Of a stretch of 44,489 bases of DNA, positions 1-10,833 are shown one piece after another. A model generated the notes under the pieces. It worked only from the letters and a program-made list of their open reading frames with translations, was not told where the DNA came from and did no database searches. The stretch spans positions 1 through 44,489 of the forward strand of contig JAGIQG010000271.1 of the NCBI GenBank assembly GCA_024679065.1, read 5' to 3'. Made by a program: the position numbers and the translations under genes. Position 1 is the first letter of the stretch, and the number at the start of each line of letters is the position of its first letter. The DNA is from Sphyrna mokarran (lineage: Eukaryota).

Positions 1-588
1 AATGCACAGCCTGGAACATTGATTTAAGCTAAAGAGCTTGAAGTTTACAGCAGATGGGATGAAAATGATTTCCACTCAGATGGTAGTAAGAACATGGAAG
101 TCATTGCCTGAATGGGGTAACGTTGGAAAATCTCACGACATTTAAGAAGCATTGAGATGAACTCTTCAAACGCCTGAGCATGAAAGACTATTGAGTTTGT
201 GGCATGTGAGTTTCTGGATTAATACCAATTTATATAAATCAGGACAGAGCTGGCGACGAAATGACAAGGATTGATAAGAAGATCCAGACGCTGCAGAGCG
301 CAAATCGAAATTCATTACTTCTTCCATAACATTTCACTCATCCTATTACTTTGAAATATACAGTTTATGTTAAAAGCAAACGCTGTGTACAATTTCACTG
401 TGTACAATTGTAACAAACACTGGAAATTCCATGCATTACAATCTGGGCCCATCTCTCATTGAATTCCAATTTGACAAATATTCAAACTTCTCACACCTGA
501 AGCATTGGCAAACATCTGAATACTGGACTGAGTGAGTGTCAGTTCAATAGAAATTGCCGCATCAATAAATGTTACATTTAGTTATAAG

Positions 589-594
589 TTTATT
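589..594 (-). terminator. Candidate polyadenylation signal AATAAA for the IgSF gene
   Basis: tttatt on the + strand about 350 nt downstream of the predicted stop. Confidence 0.4.
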
Positions 595-946
595 ATTGAT
601 CAAGATCAAGACATCGTTGTAAAGTTAGAATCATTAATTGGTATTCACATGTTGACATTTACAACGAGAAGTGGTACAGCTTATGTGATCAACTTGAGTA
701 ATACGATCAGCAGAAAATTTTAAGAGAAACTCAGGAAAGTCTCTCAGCATTGCTCGAAGTTTTGTCTACAGCTGAAGGACACCATTCAGCTGAAATATCC
801 TAAAATCAATTTCCAAGCATTTACAGTAAATGTCAATGATTGGCGGATCCGCGGAGAAAGTATAACTGTTTGAAGGGAATCTCATTGGTTCCATGGTTAC
901 CTCCATGAGACTGCGAAATTTCGGGAAATTCTGCCCCCTTCATAAA

Positions 947-1036
947 TCATGGTTTGGATTCTTTTTTTCGATCCGACTTCTTTTTTGATTTCTTTTCCAA
1001 GGCGGCCAAATCCAGGGAGGCGTAGGTAGGTCCACT
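947..1036 (-). CDS. Last coding exon with ITIM-like TYASL and Lys-rich C-terminus
   Basis: Acceptor aatgtttcag|, phase 0; [29 protein letters not shown]. Confidence 0.7.
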   Translation of the reverse strand, partial: SGPTYASLDLAALEKKSKKKSDRKKESKP

Positions 1037-4000
1037 CTGAAACATTCACAAATCAGAGAATGATCAAGGAGAGCAATAGATTCCCGAAAGTGCAGAAGGA
1101 GGCGTTCGGCCCATAAATAATTAAGATGATACCAAAACTCAAAAGCGGTACATAAAATCATAAAATGCTACTGTTTAGATGGAAACTATTCGGCCCAATG
1201 AATCCATGTTGGATCTTTGAAAGAGCAATCCACTTTTAATTCATCCGTGGGACGTGGGCATCGTTAGCTTTGCGCATTCTTAGTTGTCCTTATTTAGCCA
1301 CAACCATAATGTTGTGGCTCTGAAGTTGCGTGTCGTCCAGACTAGATATGAATGACATATTTACATCCTGAAGAACAATAATGTACCACGTGATTTTCTG
1401 ATACTTGTTTCTCGTTCATCAGTGGATTCTTAAGATAAGTTTATGGACGAAAAGGGAATGATCTAGGTTAGAAGTTCATTGCTTTTTCCTAATTGGTCGG
1501 CGCAACATTGAAGGCCGAAGGGTCTGTTCTGCGCTGTCATGTTCTATGTTCTATGTTCTATAAATTCCGCCCTCTGTTGTTGCTAGATTGGAACAGAATC
1601 CTCAAAACATTCAGCTGAATAATCTGCTAACGATGAGACCGCAAGGCCATCGCATCCCATTTAATCCAAACTTCACTTCAGTTTTCTTCATAATTCTCGG
1701 CAATGTTCTTTCAAACAAAAACAGTTTTCCAATTTCTTTTCAATGTGTTTGTTTAGACACTTCTGGTGGCCTCTAAATCAATTGCAAAATTAATGGCTTA
1801 ATGCATCTGTGGAAGAATTAGCCCATAATGTGCCCATCGTGCGTGGCACTGTTGCATAGGGGGTAGCACTGCTATTTCAAGCTCCAGGGACCTGGGGTCG
1901 ATTCCCACTCTGGTCACTGTCTGTGTGGAGTTTGCACATTCTCCCCGAGTCTGCGTGTGTTTCCTCTAGCTGTTCCCGTTTCCTCTGACAGACTAAAGAT
2001 ATGCGGGTGAGGTGAGAAGGATTGGCGGGTAAATATGTAGACATACTGGGATATGGCCCGGGCAGGATTGTTGTCAGTGCAAACTCTATGGGCCGAATGG
2101 CCTCTTTCTGCACTGTTGGATTTCTATGGTTTACCATAAGACACAGAAGCAGAAGTTGGCCGTTCTGCCCATCAAGTCTGTTCCACTATTCAATGAGCTC
2201 ATGAGTGCTCCGATATGACAGCTGTCTACTCCACTTTCTGACGTTATGTGCATAACGCTTGATTTCCTTATTTATTAAGAACCTATCTCAGCCTTGACCA
2301 TTCTTAACGACCCAGCGTCAAAGACTGCAATTGACTGAAGGAACGTAATCATAGAGAAGCAGAATTTGGAATGCGACTTACACATAAAATGTTTATGACT
2401 ATCAATTGATTACTATTCAACAGCCAATCCGATTACTATATTTCGATATGTGTTATGTTCAAGATTCCCTGGTGAGCGTCTCAGAATCTATCGCATCAAG
2501 CCCTTCGAGAATCATACATCGTATCACTATCTACTGTGTTAAGCCCCTTCAGAATCATACATCTTTTGGCTGTCAAGTCTGCACCAATGCTCGGACGGTG
2601 TATCTGAACCAGGCCTCGCCCCATCCTTTGCCTGTATCCCCACATATTTACCATGGCTAACTTAACTAAGCTGTAAATCTTCGCACTGTGGGAAGCCGGA
2701 GCACCCAGAGGAGATCCGTGCAGACATGGTGAAAACTTGTAAACTCCACATAGACAGCCACCCGAGGAATCGAGCTTCGGCCCCTGGTGTTGCGAGGCAG
2801 TAGCACTAACCACTGTGCCACCGTGACGCCCTCAATCTTTGAGTTTTGGGAAGTCCCCGACATTTAAACACAACCAGCCGCAGCATTGAACAACCAAACA
2901 GGAACCACGTGGAAAGAGGCCATTACACCATCATATCTTTGCTGGCCAGACAACTGGCAGTCTCTTCTAATTCCAGTGTCAGCGCCAAATTTCAGGGTAC
3001 AACAGTTCACAAATATATTCTGGTTCCCTTTAAATAACTAAAACTTCCTCCATCAAACCAGACAATGAATTCAAAATACCAGTTACTGTACAATAACTGT
3101 GTAATTCCTGAGCTTCTTCAAAGCCTAATCATTGATTGCCACTTGTTGAAGTTGTATTTACCCATCGAAAGTAGTAAATTTGGCAGCGCCTTTGCCAACA
3201 GTATGATTAAATTAAGGAATAATTCAATAATGAGACAGATGAATTGTCATATTTTTAAATGTTTGTTGAGTGATTAAATACTGACGGGAACAAGAGACCG
3301 AAAACTGAACTACATGAACAGAAGCACTTTCACTCCCATACACTCAGGCACTCTTATAAGTACATACACCAGGACTCACCTGATGAACCAGCAGCACTCC
3401 AAAAGTTCACGATTGCAAATACATCTATAGGACTTTAATGTGATGCCCACCGAAGTCCAAAGCCGATTATGCTATCTCATGATATACAAACACACAGAGA
3501 CACAAACACACAGAAGCGATTTCGTTCACACACGCTCAGGCACACATGCATAGAAACACAGATGCACATACAAACACACACAGTCACACAAGTATTCATT
3601 CATTTATGTATCCCTCAAACACGTAGTGTCTCTCTCTCTCTCTCTGAGTCTCCCCCACAGGCACACACACATTCACCCGTTCCGCTCAACGGACACAATT
3701 TCTCACCGAGATACACAGAAAGAAAATCTAACAATCTCACAAACACAACCTCTCAAAAACACAGACAAAGAGATATGCACAGAATCTCTCAAACACACAG
3801 GCTCAAAACGACAATATGTAGAATCCTACGGTACAGCATGAAGTCATTCGGCCCATTCAGTGTGCACCACAATGACACCGAAGCCCTATCCCCATAATCT
3901 CATTCTCGCAAGTCCGCCTGGCATTAATGATAATTCAGCACAGCCAACCCACCTAATACGCACATCTTTGGGCGGTGAGAGGAAACTGAAGCACCCGGAG

Positions 4001-7000
4001 GAAATCCATGTAGGCCCGGGGAGAATGTGCAAACTTCACAGAGACAGTGACCCAAGCCGAGGATTGAACCCGTGTCCCTCACACTGTGAAGCAGCATTGT
4101 TAACCATTATCTCACTGTGAAGATAATCCCAGCAATTAGTACAATTCCAACTGGGTGCGGGTGGGAGGAAACCTGGAACTGACGGGGGGAGAACTAGATC
4201 CACCGCAAAAATAAATAGAGTCAAACGAAACAAAAATCTGGCAATCAACAATGAAAACTGCTGGAAACCGACAGCAACGTCTGTCTGATATATTGTAACT
4301 GGAACATTAACTCAATCGCTGCACGAACATTTGGAAGAGCCGCAGAGATATGTGTTCTGATTCCAAAGTGTGGGCGAATGTGGTTTCGTTCACAATTAGA
4401 TGCTTCAGACCGTGAGCTGCATGCTGATAGCCGCATGAAGTATCCCGGATGGGACATCCTGCAACTTATTCTAAAATCCAATTTCCTCAATGGTATTAAA
4501 TTATTCGTAAAGCGCTTACCTGAACTGCACAGTCTTGTGTTCCATTTCCATATGTTTGGCGATAGTCACCTGTGTAACGAAGTGGAAGATGTCAATTTAG
4601 GAAAGCAGTTAGGAATACAGAGAACGGATATCAGAAAGTTCTGTCTGGCAAAAGTAGGGAAAATCCTAGCATAATCGATTTGTATATCAAACAGGAAAAG
4701 AATAGGGCCCATTAGGCGCGAAGGCGATAAACTGTGGGTGGAGCCAGAGGACATGGGGCCAGGTGCTAAATGAAAACATCACATCCTTTTCCACCCAAGA
4801 AAATGAGGACTCTGATCCAGAATTCAGGGACTGTGTGGTTCTGGAGCAAATTGACATTGGGTAAGATAAGCTATTGGAGGTGTTGGCAGTCTCAAAATTG
4901 GATATATCTCCAAGTCCAGCTGATTTACGCCCCCAGCAACATTGGAAGGCAAGAGGGGAGATTGCAGAGGCACTGGCTCATATTTTTCAATTCCTCACTG
5001 GCCATGGGAACTCCCAGAAGAACGACAAATATGGTTGGGTTATTTAGGAAAATGTTTTAGAGATGAACCAGGGAACTACAGACAAGTGAGTCTCACATCA
5101 GTGGTAGGAAAACAATGAAAGAAGAATCTGAAGGAGAAAAATCTATCGACACTTGGAGAGACAAAGCTTGTGCAGATATAGTGAGCATGGCTTCGCCAGA
5201 GGGAAGTCATGCCTAACACATCTGATTGAATTTTGTGCGGCTGACCAGGCGTGCAGACGAAGGTAGTGTAGCCGTTGTAGTTTAGATGCATTTCAGCAAA
5301 GCCTTTGACATGGTTCCAAATAGGAGACTTGCAAATATTCAAGGTAATTTGATAAAGTGCATCCAGAATCGGATCAGTTGCTGGAAACAGCAAGTGACGA
5401 CAGGAGGATGCTTAGTACCTGGAAGCCAGTGTCCCTTGGTGTACCACAAGGTTCTGTTTCCTACCCAACCCCCACTTCCCCCCACCACCACCATATTCCG
5501 TCATTTATATAAATGTCACTGGTGTCTATGTGGCGGGTAGAGTTAGTTTACAGAAGTCCAAAGATGTGTAGATTAGGTGGATGGACCGTGCTCATTTATG
5601 CTCACTGCCAGGGGCATTCGCTCTGTAAATGTGCGGCACAACAGGGATAGAGCATGGATGGGATTGGTGTCAAAGCAGGTTTGATGCGCTGACTGGCCTT
5701 CTGCACTGATGAAATATCATAGAACCGTACAGTGCAGAAAGAGGCCCTTCTGCCCATCAAGTCTGCACCGACCATAAACCCACCCAGGCCCCACCCCCAT
5801 ATCCCTACATATTTTACCTACTAATGCTTCTAACCTAAGCTTCTTAAGACACTAATGGGCAATTTTAACATGGCCATTCAACCTAACCCGCATATCTTCG
5901 GACTGTGGGAGGAAACCGGAGCACCTAAAGGAAACCCAAGTAGATACGAGGAGCATGTGTAAACTCCACACAGAAGTGACCCGAGCCGGGGAATCAAACA
6001 CAGGTTTCGAGCTGTGAGGCAGCTGTGTTAAGTACTGTGCCATCGTGTCGCCCACTGCAAAGTCCCTATGATTTATCTGTTCAACGATATTGAATATTTG
6101 CCTTCATTTGGATGTAACTTACCCGTTTGTCTCTCTTTCCGCTGTCCTCTGCGCAATTTTTGTCTCAAGCTAAAACTACTTGAGAAAATAAACAAAATGA
6201 AACAGGTATTATATCCTGCAAAACCTGGCCGGAAATATTTGAGAGAAAGGGTACTTAATTTTAAAACATGGAAAATCTCAGTATGTGCCATAGGAATAAA
6301 TATTGGTTTTGAACTGCGTTTATTATGATATATATAGAGAGATGAACTTTGAAAATGGCTCAATTATTCACCTTTCAATACCGGTTCCCTCTGCTCGCTC
6401 TCCTGAAACAAGACACTGTGATCAGCAATTTAAAACTACAAGGGGAATTACATGAGATGAACAATAATAATGATATCCCTACTTAAAATTATTCCTCACC
6501 TGATCTGCTGCTCTTCCAAATACAAATGGAAAGAAGGACAAAGAGGAGAATCGGGACCAACAGGATAATTATGACAATGGAATGTTCCAGATTGCACCAT
6601 CCTATAGAGAGAAAACTATTTCAAATTGCTGCTGGGTCAAATAAATCGTTCCGCGTTTCTAGGACGGGAAGCTGAACTCAGACACTCTAATTGTTGCCTC
6701 TCGTCATGCTATATTATAACCATAACTGAACAACCAATGGCATTTTTTTCAGATTATCATTGATCAAAACTCAACTGGAATCCCCAGTTAAACAGAGTAG
6801 GTACAAAAGCAGGTCAGAGGCTGGAAATCCTGAGGAAATTTACCAGGATGTTGCCTGGTATGGAGGGCAGGTCTTTTGAAGAGAGGCTGAGGGATTTGAG
6901 GTTGTTTTCGTTAGAAAGGAGGCGGCTAAGAGGGGACCTAATCGAAACATGATGATTAGAGGTTTAGATAGGGTGGACAGTGATAGCCTTTTTCCTAGGA

Positions 7001-10000
7001 TGGAAAAAGCTAGCACGAGGGGACACAGTTTTAAATTAAGGGGTGATAGTTATAGGACGGATATCAGAGGTAGGTTCTTTACCCAAAGGGTGGTCGGGAG
7101 TGGAATGCCCTGCCTGCAGCGGTTGTAGATGCGCCAAGTTTGGTGGCGTTTAAGAGGTTAGTTGATAAGTATATGGAAGAGAAGGGAATGGTTTAGTTTG
7201 GAGGGGCATTGCTTTTTATATTGCTCGGCACAACATCGAAGGCCGAAGGGCCTGTTCTGTGCTGTAATGTTCTATGTTCTATGTTCTATGAAATTAACTC
7301 ACCTTCTGACTCCTCAAAACCTGTTCGCCATCTGTAAAGCACAAGTCAGAAGTATGATGGATTACCCCCCACGTGCCTAGTTGGGTGCAACTCCAACAAC
7401 GCGAAAGAAACCTGACATCGTCAAAGGCAAATCAGCCCGCTCGATTGGCAACACATTCACTCCCTCCATCAGCCGATGCTCAGAAGCAGCAGCGCGTACA
7501 CTCACTCAGCAATTCACCAATGATCCTTAGACAGCATCTTTCAAACCTATAACAGTTTCATCCAGAAGGACAAGGACAGCGAATACAAGGGAACACCGCC
7601 ACTGCGTTTCCTTCTACAAGCCACTTAGTATCCCGACTTGGAAACATACTGGCATTCTGTCCCAGTTGCTGGGTCAAAATCCTAGAACTGCATCCCTAAT
7701 GTCATTATGGGTCAACCCACAGCACGTAGACTGCACCCCATCTTTGAAATAGCTATTGAAATACTGTCACTCTATTTAAATTTCCCCCACAGTTTTGCAC
7801 ATTTCTCACTACGAGTCCAAATACAATTCCAGTTGTGAAATGTATTGTAATAGATTCCATTGGCCATGCAGACATTCTCTGAATCACAATACCAAATAGC
7901 ATAAAATAGTCGAAAATGTAATTTATGTGTTGTTTTTCATCTTGATTTTAATGCGATTAGAGTCCAGGTATTAGGAATTTATACGAAAACAGATGCCAAA
8001 CGGAACCTAAAAATTCTGGAGTGTTATTATAGAAAATTGAACTAATACCTCAAGGGAAACTAGAAAAGACAGATTTCGAAAATAGTTAAACATAGAACAT
8101 AGAACATAGAAGAATACAACACAAACAGGCCCTTCAGCCCACGAGTTGCGCTGATCACATCTACCAATCCACAGACCTATCTATAACCCCCTATCCTACT
8201 CTTTTCCATATACTCATCCAGAAGTCTCTTAAAAGACCCCAGTGAGTTTGCCTCAACAGCCTCCGACGGCAGTCGGTTCCATTCACTCACCACCCTCTGA
8301 GTGAAAAACCTACCCCTGACATCTCCTTTGTATTTGCTTCCCTGCACCTTAAATCTGTGTCCTCTCGTAGTGACCATTTCAGCTCGGGGAAATAGTCTCT
8401 GACAGTCCACCCTATCTATTCCTCTCAACATTTCATAAACCTCTATCAGGTCGCCTCTCAACCTCCGTTTCTCCAGTGAGAAGAGTCCCAGCTCCCTCAA
8501 CCTATCTTCATAAGGCCTGCCTCTCAATCCAGGCAGCATCCTTGTAAATCTCCTCTGAACCCTTTCAATAGCCTCTACATCCTTCCTATAATGAGGCGAT
8601 CAGAACTGCGCACAATACTCCAACTGGGGCCTGACAAGAGTCTTATAGAGCTGTATCATTACCTCCTGACTCCTAAATTCTATTCCTCGATTAATGAAGG
8701 CCAGTACACCGTACGCCTACTTGACCACTTCCTCCATCTGCGAGGCCGATTTAAGAGTCCTATGGACCCGGACCCCGACATCCTTCTGCTCTACAACACA
8801 GCTAAGGCTCCTACCCCTTATATTGTATTCCTTCATCCCATTATTCCTGCCAAAATGGGCCACTACACATTTATCTGTATTGAAGTCCAATGCTTCCGTT
8901 TCTCGATTGCAAAGCGCATCCAGTGTTGCACTGACTTCAAATGGGTTGGAAAATCCAATGTCTGAAAAGGACGATGGAAGCAGATTCAATAAAAACTTTC
9001 AGCTGGGAAACGGAGTCTACCTTGAAGGGGAGAAGTGACAGGATTCCAGGTGGCACATTGATTACTATTGCCGCCATATAGTTCCAGAGAACATGGTTTG
9101 ATTCGCGGCTTGATTCACTGTCTGTGCAGGTTGGCACCGTCTCCTGCAGGCGATCTAGTTTCCTCCAACTCTCTGAAGCCATGCTGGTTCGCGGGAATTG
9201 GGCAGACTGAATTTTCTGCAGTGCACTCCAATGGGCGCAGGAGTACGGCGAATAGGCATATTTCACAGCAATTTATTTGTAGCTTTAACGTAAGCATACG
9301 TGTGCCACAAATAAATAATGCAGGTACAATTGGAGATCTCTCTGTGTACGTAACAGACGTCAGTTTCTGAATATTTGGAATATTACTGCAACTGATTACA
9401 AGTTGAATTCAAACCATCATTGTGGAGGTTGACAACTCACCTGAATTGGGGGAGGATACACTTTTCGTCCAATATTTGCCTGGAATCCCCATTTGAACAA
9501 TGCAAGTACAGACACCGCCATTTCTCCAGACTTGCCCCGACACCATGACATGACTTCTGATGCTGTAGGTCCCGTCCTCCCCAGTTATCCCGGGATCACT
9601 CGATCCCTCAGTGACCAAGCCGGAAATATTCCAGAAAACAGCAATCTGCTTGGAAGAAACTCCACTGACCAAACAGACTAAAGGCACATTATCATTCACA
9701 TCCAGATCAGCTGGCGGGACAAATACTTGCACAACCGTCTTGTTGGTGGAACTGTCTGGACAGAAATTGGGACACAGTTAATGATTAATTTACGCACATA
9801 AAAAAAGGATAATGTGCATACTCTGAGTGAATTCACTTTCTCCCTTACCTCCAACCAGGAGTGTGGTTGCATACCGGAACAGTAAAGACCGATCTATGTA
9901 TATATACATACAGTAGTAGGAACCAGAGTCATTCATCTGGACATTGCGAATTTTCAGAATCAACACGTTCCCTGGATCGCCTTTTTCAGAAATAAACTTA

Positions 10001-10770
10001 CAGTCGGGCCCAGTACAGGATGTAGTGGTTATTAGAATCGGGGCTTCACCTAGCCGCTGTTTGTACCAAGCATAGTTGGACACCAAATCCACTTCTTGAG
10101 TGTCATGACAGAATAATTCCACCGTTTGGCCTCTCGCAGCTGTCAATGTGAAAGGGATCTGATACAGAGAGGACTCGGATTCTGTAACTAGAGAGATTAT
10201 TGTGAGATAAGCAATGATTATTGAAATACCAGAAGCTAACTCTAAAAATCAAATCGTCTCGAATGAAAGTTTATTTTATTAATGTCAGAAGTAAGCTTAC
10301 ATTAACACTGCAATGAAGTTACGGCGAAATTCCCCTAACTTCCACACTGCGAGCCTGTCCAGATACACTGAGGGATATTTTTTAGCACCGTCAATGCATC
10401 AACTAGCACCTCTTTTGGACTGTGGGAGCAAACTGGGGCGATCGGAGGAAACCCACGCAGTCTCCACAGTCCACACAAAGCTTTGTGACGCTTTGAGGCA
10501 GCAGTGTTATCCTCTGCATAATCTCCTCATTCATTTAAATCATTGTTTGTCATTTTTTTTCTTAACTTCATGAGTAAAACCAATAAATTAACTTATATGA
10601 TTAGTGCAAATGTCTTCACCCGAACACTGGCTCACTCACGCTTTCAGCTTAGAAAACGCTCATTCGAGTTTATAAAATCGATTCCGCTTGAAATTCCCAC
10701 CCGCCTCTTACTCACAGTGAAACCTCAGTATTTGGAAAATGAGTATCAGAGATAGAGATTCTTCGGCCAT
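947..10770 (-). CDS. Spliced non-rearranging IgSF receptor, L-V(J)-C1-stalk/TM-cytoplasmic (342 aa), join(complement 10716-10770, 9849-10187, 9441-9755, 6500-6601, 6372-6402, 6123-6169, 4520-4569, 947-1036)
   Basis: Manual exon assembly: all introns are GT-AG, phases are 1,1,1,1,2,1,0, and the total is 1029 nt with no internal stop. Protein: [45 protein letters not shown]...WYKQ...DSGSYYC...[25 protein letters not shown]...LVCLVSG...VFWN...GTYSIRSHV...W..GGVCTCIV...[110 protein letters not shown]. Confidence 0.8.
1435..1562 (+). mobile_element. CR1-A 3' terminal fragment
   Basis: aagggaatg...ggccgaagggtctgttctg...(TTCTATG)n. Confidence 0.8.
1840..2135 (+). mobile_element. tRNA-derived SINE (HE1/V-SINE-like)
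   Basis: A/B-box-like head (ggtagcactgct...gggtcgattccc), core gtgtggagtttgcacattctcccc, CR1-like tail gggccgaatggcct. Confidence 0.8.
2570..2826 (-). mobile_element. HE1/V-SINE-like SINE
   Basis: Reverse-complement head cacggtggcacagtggttagtgctactgcc and core. Confidence 0.75.
3485..3800 (+). repeat. Degenerate (CA)/(CT)-rich low-complexity tract
   Basis: Runs of acacacagagacac and tctctctctc. Confidence 0.8.
3820..4120 (-). mobile_element. HE1/V-SINE-like SINE
   Basis: ggagaatgtgcaaacttcacagagacagtgacccaagccg core. Confidence 0.75.
4520..4569 (-). CDS. Cytoplasmic exon (50 nt, [17 protein letters not shown])
   Basis: Acceptor cttcgttacacag|, donor CAG|GTAAGC; phase 1 to 0. Confidence 0.65.
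4845..5460 (+). pseudogene. Decayed CR1 RT fragment
   Basis: HFSKAFD and [12 protein letters not shown]-like remnants. Confidence 0.7.
5718..6052 (-). mobile_element. HE1/V-SINE-like SINE (tail-to-tail with a partial + strand copy at about 5520-5710)
   Basis: ggaggaaaccggagcacc core, tRNA-like head, CATAGAA tail. Confidence 0.8.
6123..6169 (-). CDS. Cytoplasmic exon (47 nt, [16 protein letters not shown])
   Basis: Acceptor agttttag|, donor G|GTAAGT; phase 2 to 1. Confidence 0.72.
6372..6402 (-). CDS. Cytoplasmic micro-exon (31 nt, [10 protein letters not shown])
   Basis: Acceptor tcttgtttcag|, donor AG|GTGAAT; phase 1 to 2 fits the neighbouring exons. Confidence 0.7.
6500..6601 (-). CDS. 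Exon: Cys-containing stalk plus transmembrane helix
   Basis: [34 protein letters not shown]; acceptor ttttctctctatag|, donor G|GTGAGG; phase 1/1. Confidence 0.88.
6760..7735 (+). mobile_element. Older degenerate non-LTR (CR1/L2-group) RT 3' fragment interrupted by the CR1-A copy
   Basis: Flanks join (..ATCCTGAGGAAATT/AACTCACC..) and translate to [12 protein letters not shown]-like RT C-terminal motifs. Confidence 0.6.
6841..7290 (+). mobile_element. 5'-truncated CR1-A copy inside the C1-TM intron
   Basis: ORF2 C-terminus, tail, TSD GAAATT (6835-6840 and 7290-7295). Confidence 0.92.
8088..8890 (-). mobile_element. 5'-truncated CR1 copy, subfamily C
   Basis: ORF 8177..8539 ([26 protein letters not shown]); CATAGAA tail. 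Confidence 0.92.
9441..9755 (-). CDS. Exon: C1-set Ig constant domain
   Basis: [27 protein letters not shown]..CxC motifs; acceptor tttctgtccag|, donor G|GTGAGT; 93-bp intron after the V exon; overlaps ORF 9409..9732. Confidence 0.93.
9849..10187 (-). CDS. Exon: V-set Ig domain including J-like G strand
   Basis: B-strand Cys (ELFC), WYKQ, DSGSYYC and J-like [10 protein letters not shown] in one exon; acceptor tctctctag|, donor G|GTAAGG; overlaps ORF 9790..10146. Confidence 0.93.
10716..10770 (-). CDS. Exon: signal peptide ([18 protein letters not shown])
   Basis: ATG in a good Kozak context (aagATGg), a hydrophobic core, and a phase-1 donor T|GTGAGT typical of IgSF leader exons. Confidence 0.75.
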
Positions 10771-10833
10771 CTTGATAGAAATTTCAATGTGTCGTGTCTC
10801 ACGGGCTCGCTTCTACAGAAACTGTGGACACAC

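Noticed and set aside
947-970. C-terminal dilysine ER-retrieval signal
   Set aside because: The lysines are at -2, -5 and -6, not at -3 with -4/-5
3469-3897. 142-aa His/Thr-rich ORF
   Set aside because: It is a translation of a CA-rich low-complexity tract running into a SINE
10181-10184. Second AG acceptor for the V exon
   Set aside because: Joining it to the leader creates an in-frame TAA
9849-10187. IgNAR/NAR-TCR-type V domain or rearranging V segment
   Set aside because: Trp-to-second-Cys spacing of 52 residues is light-chain-like rather than CDR2-deleted; no RSS is visible and the J-like strand is in the same exon
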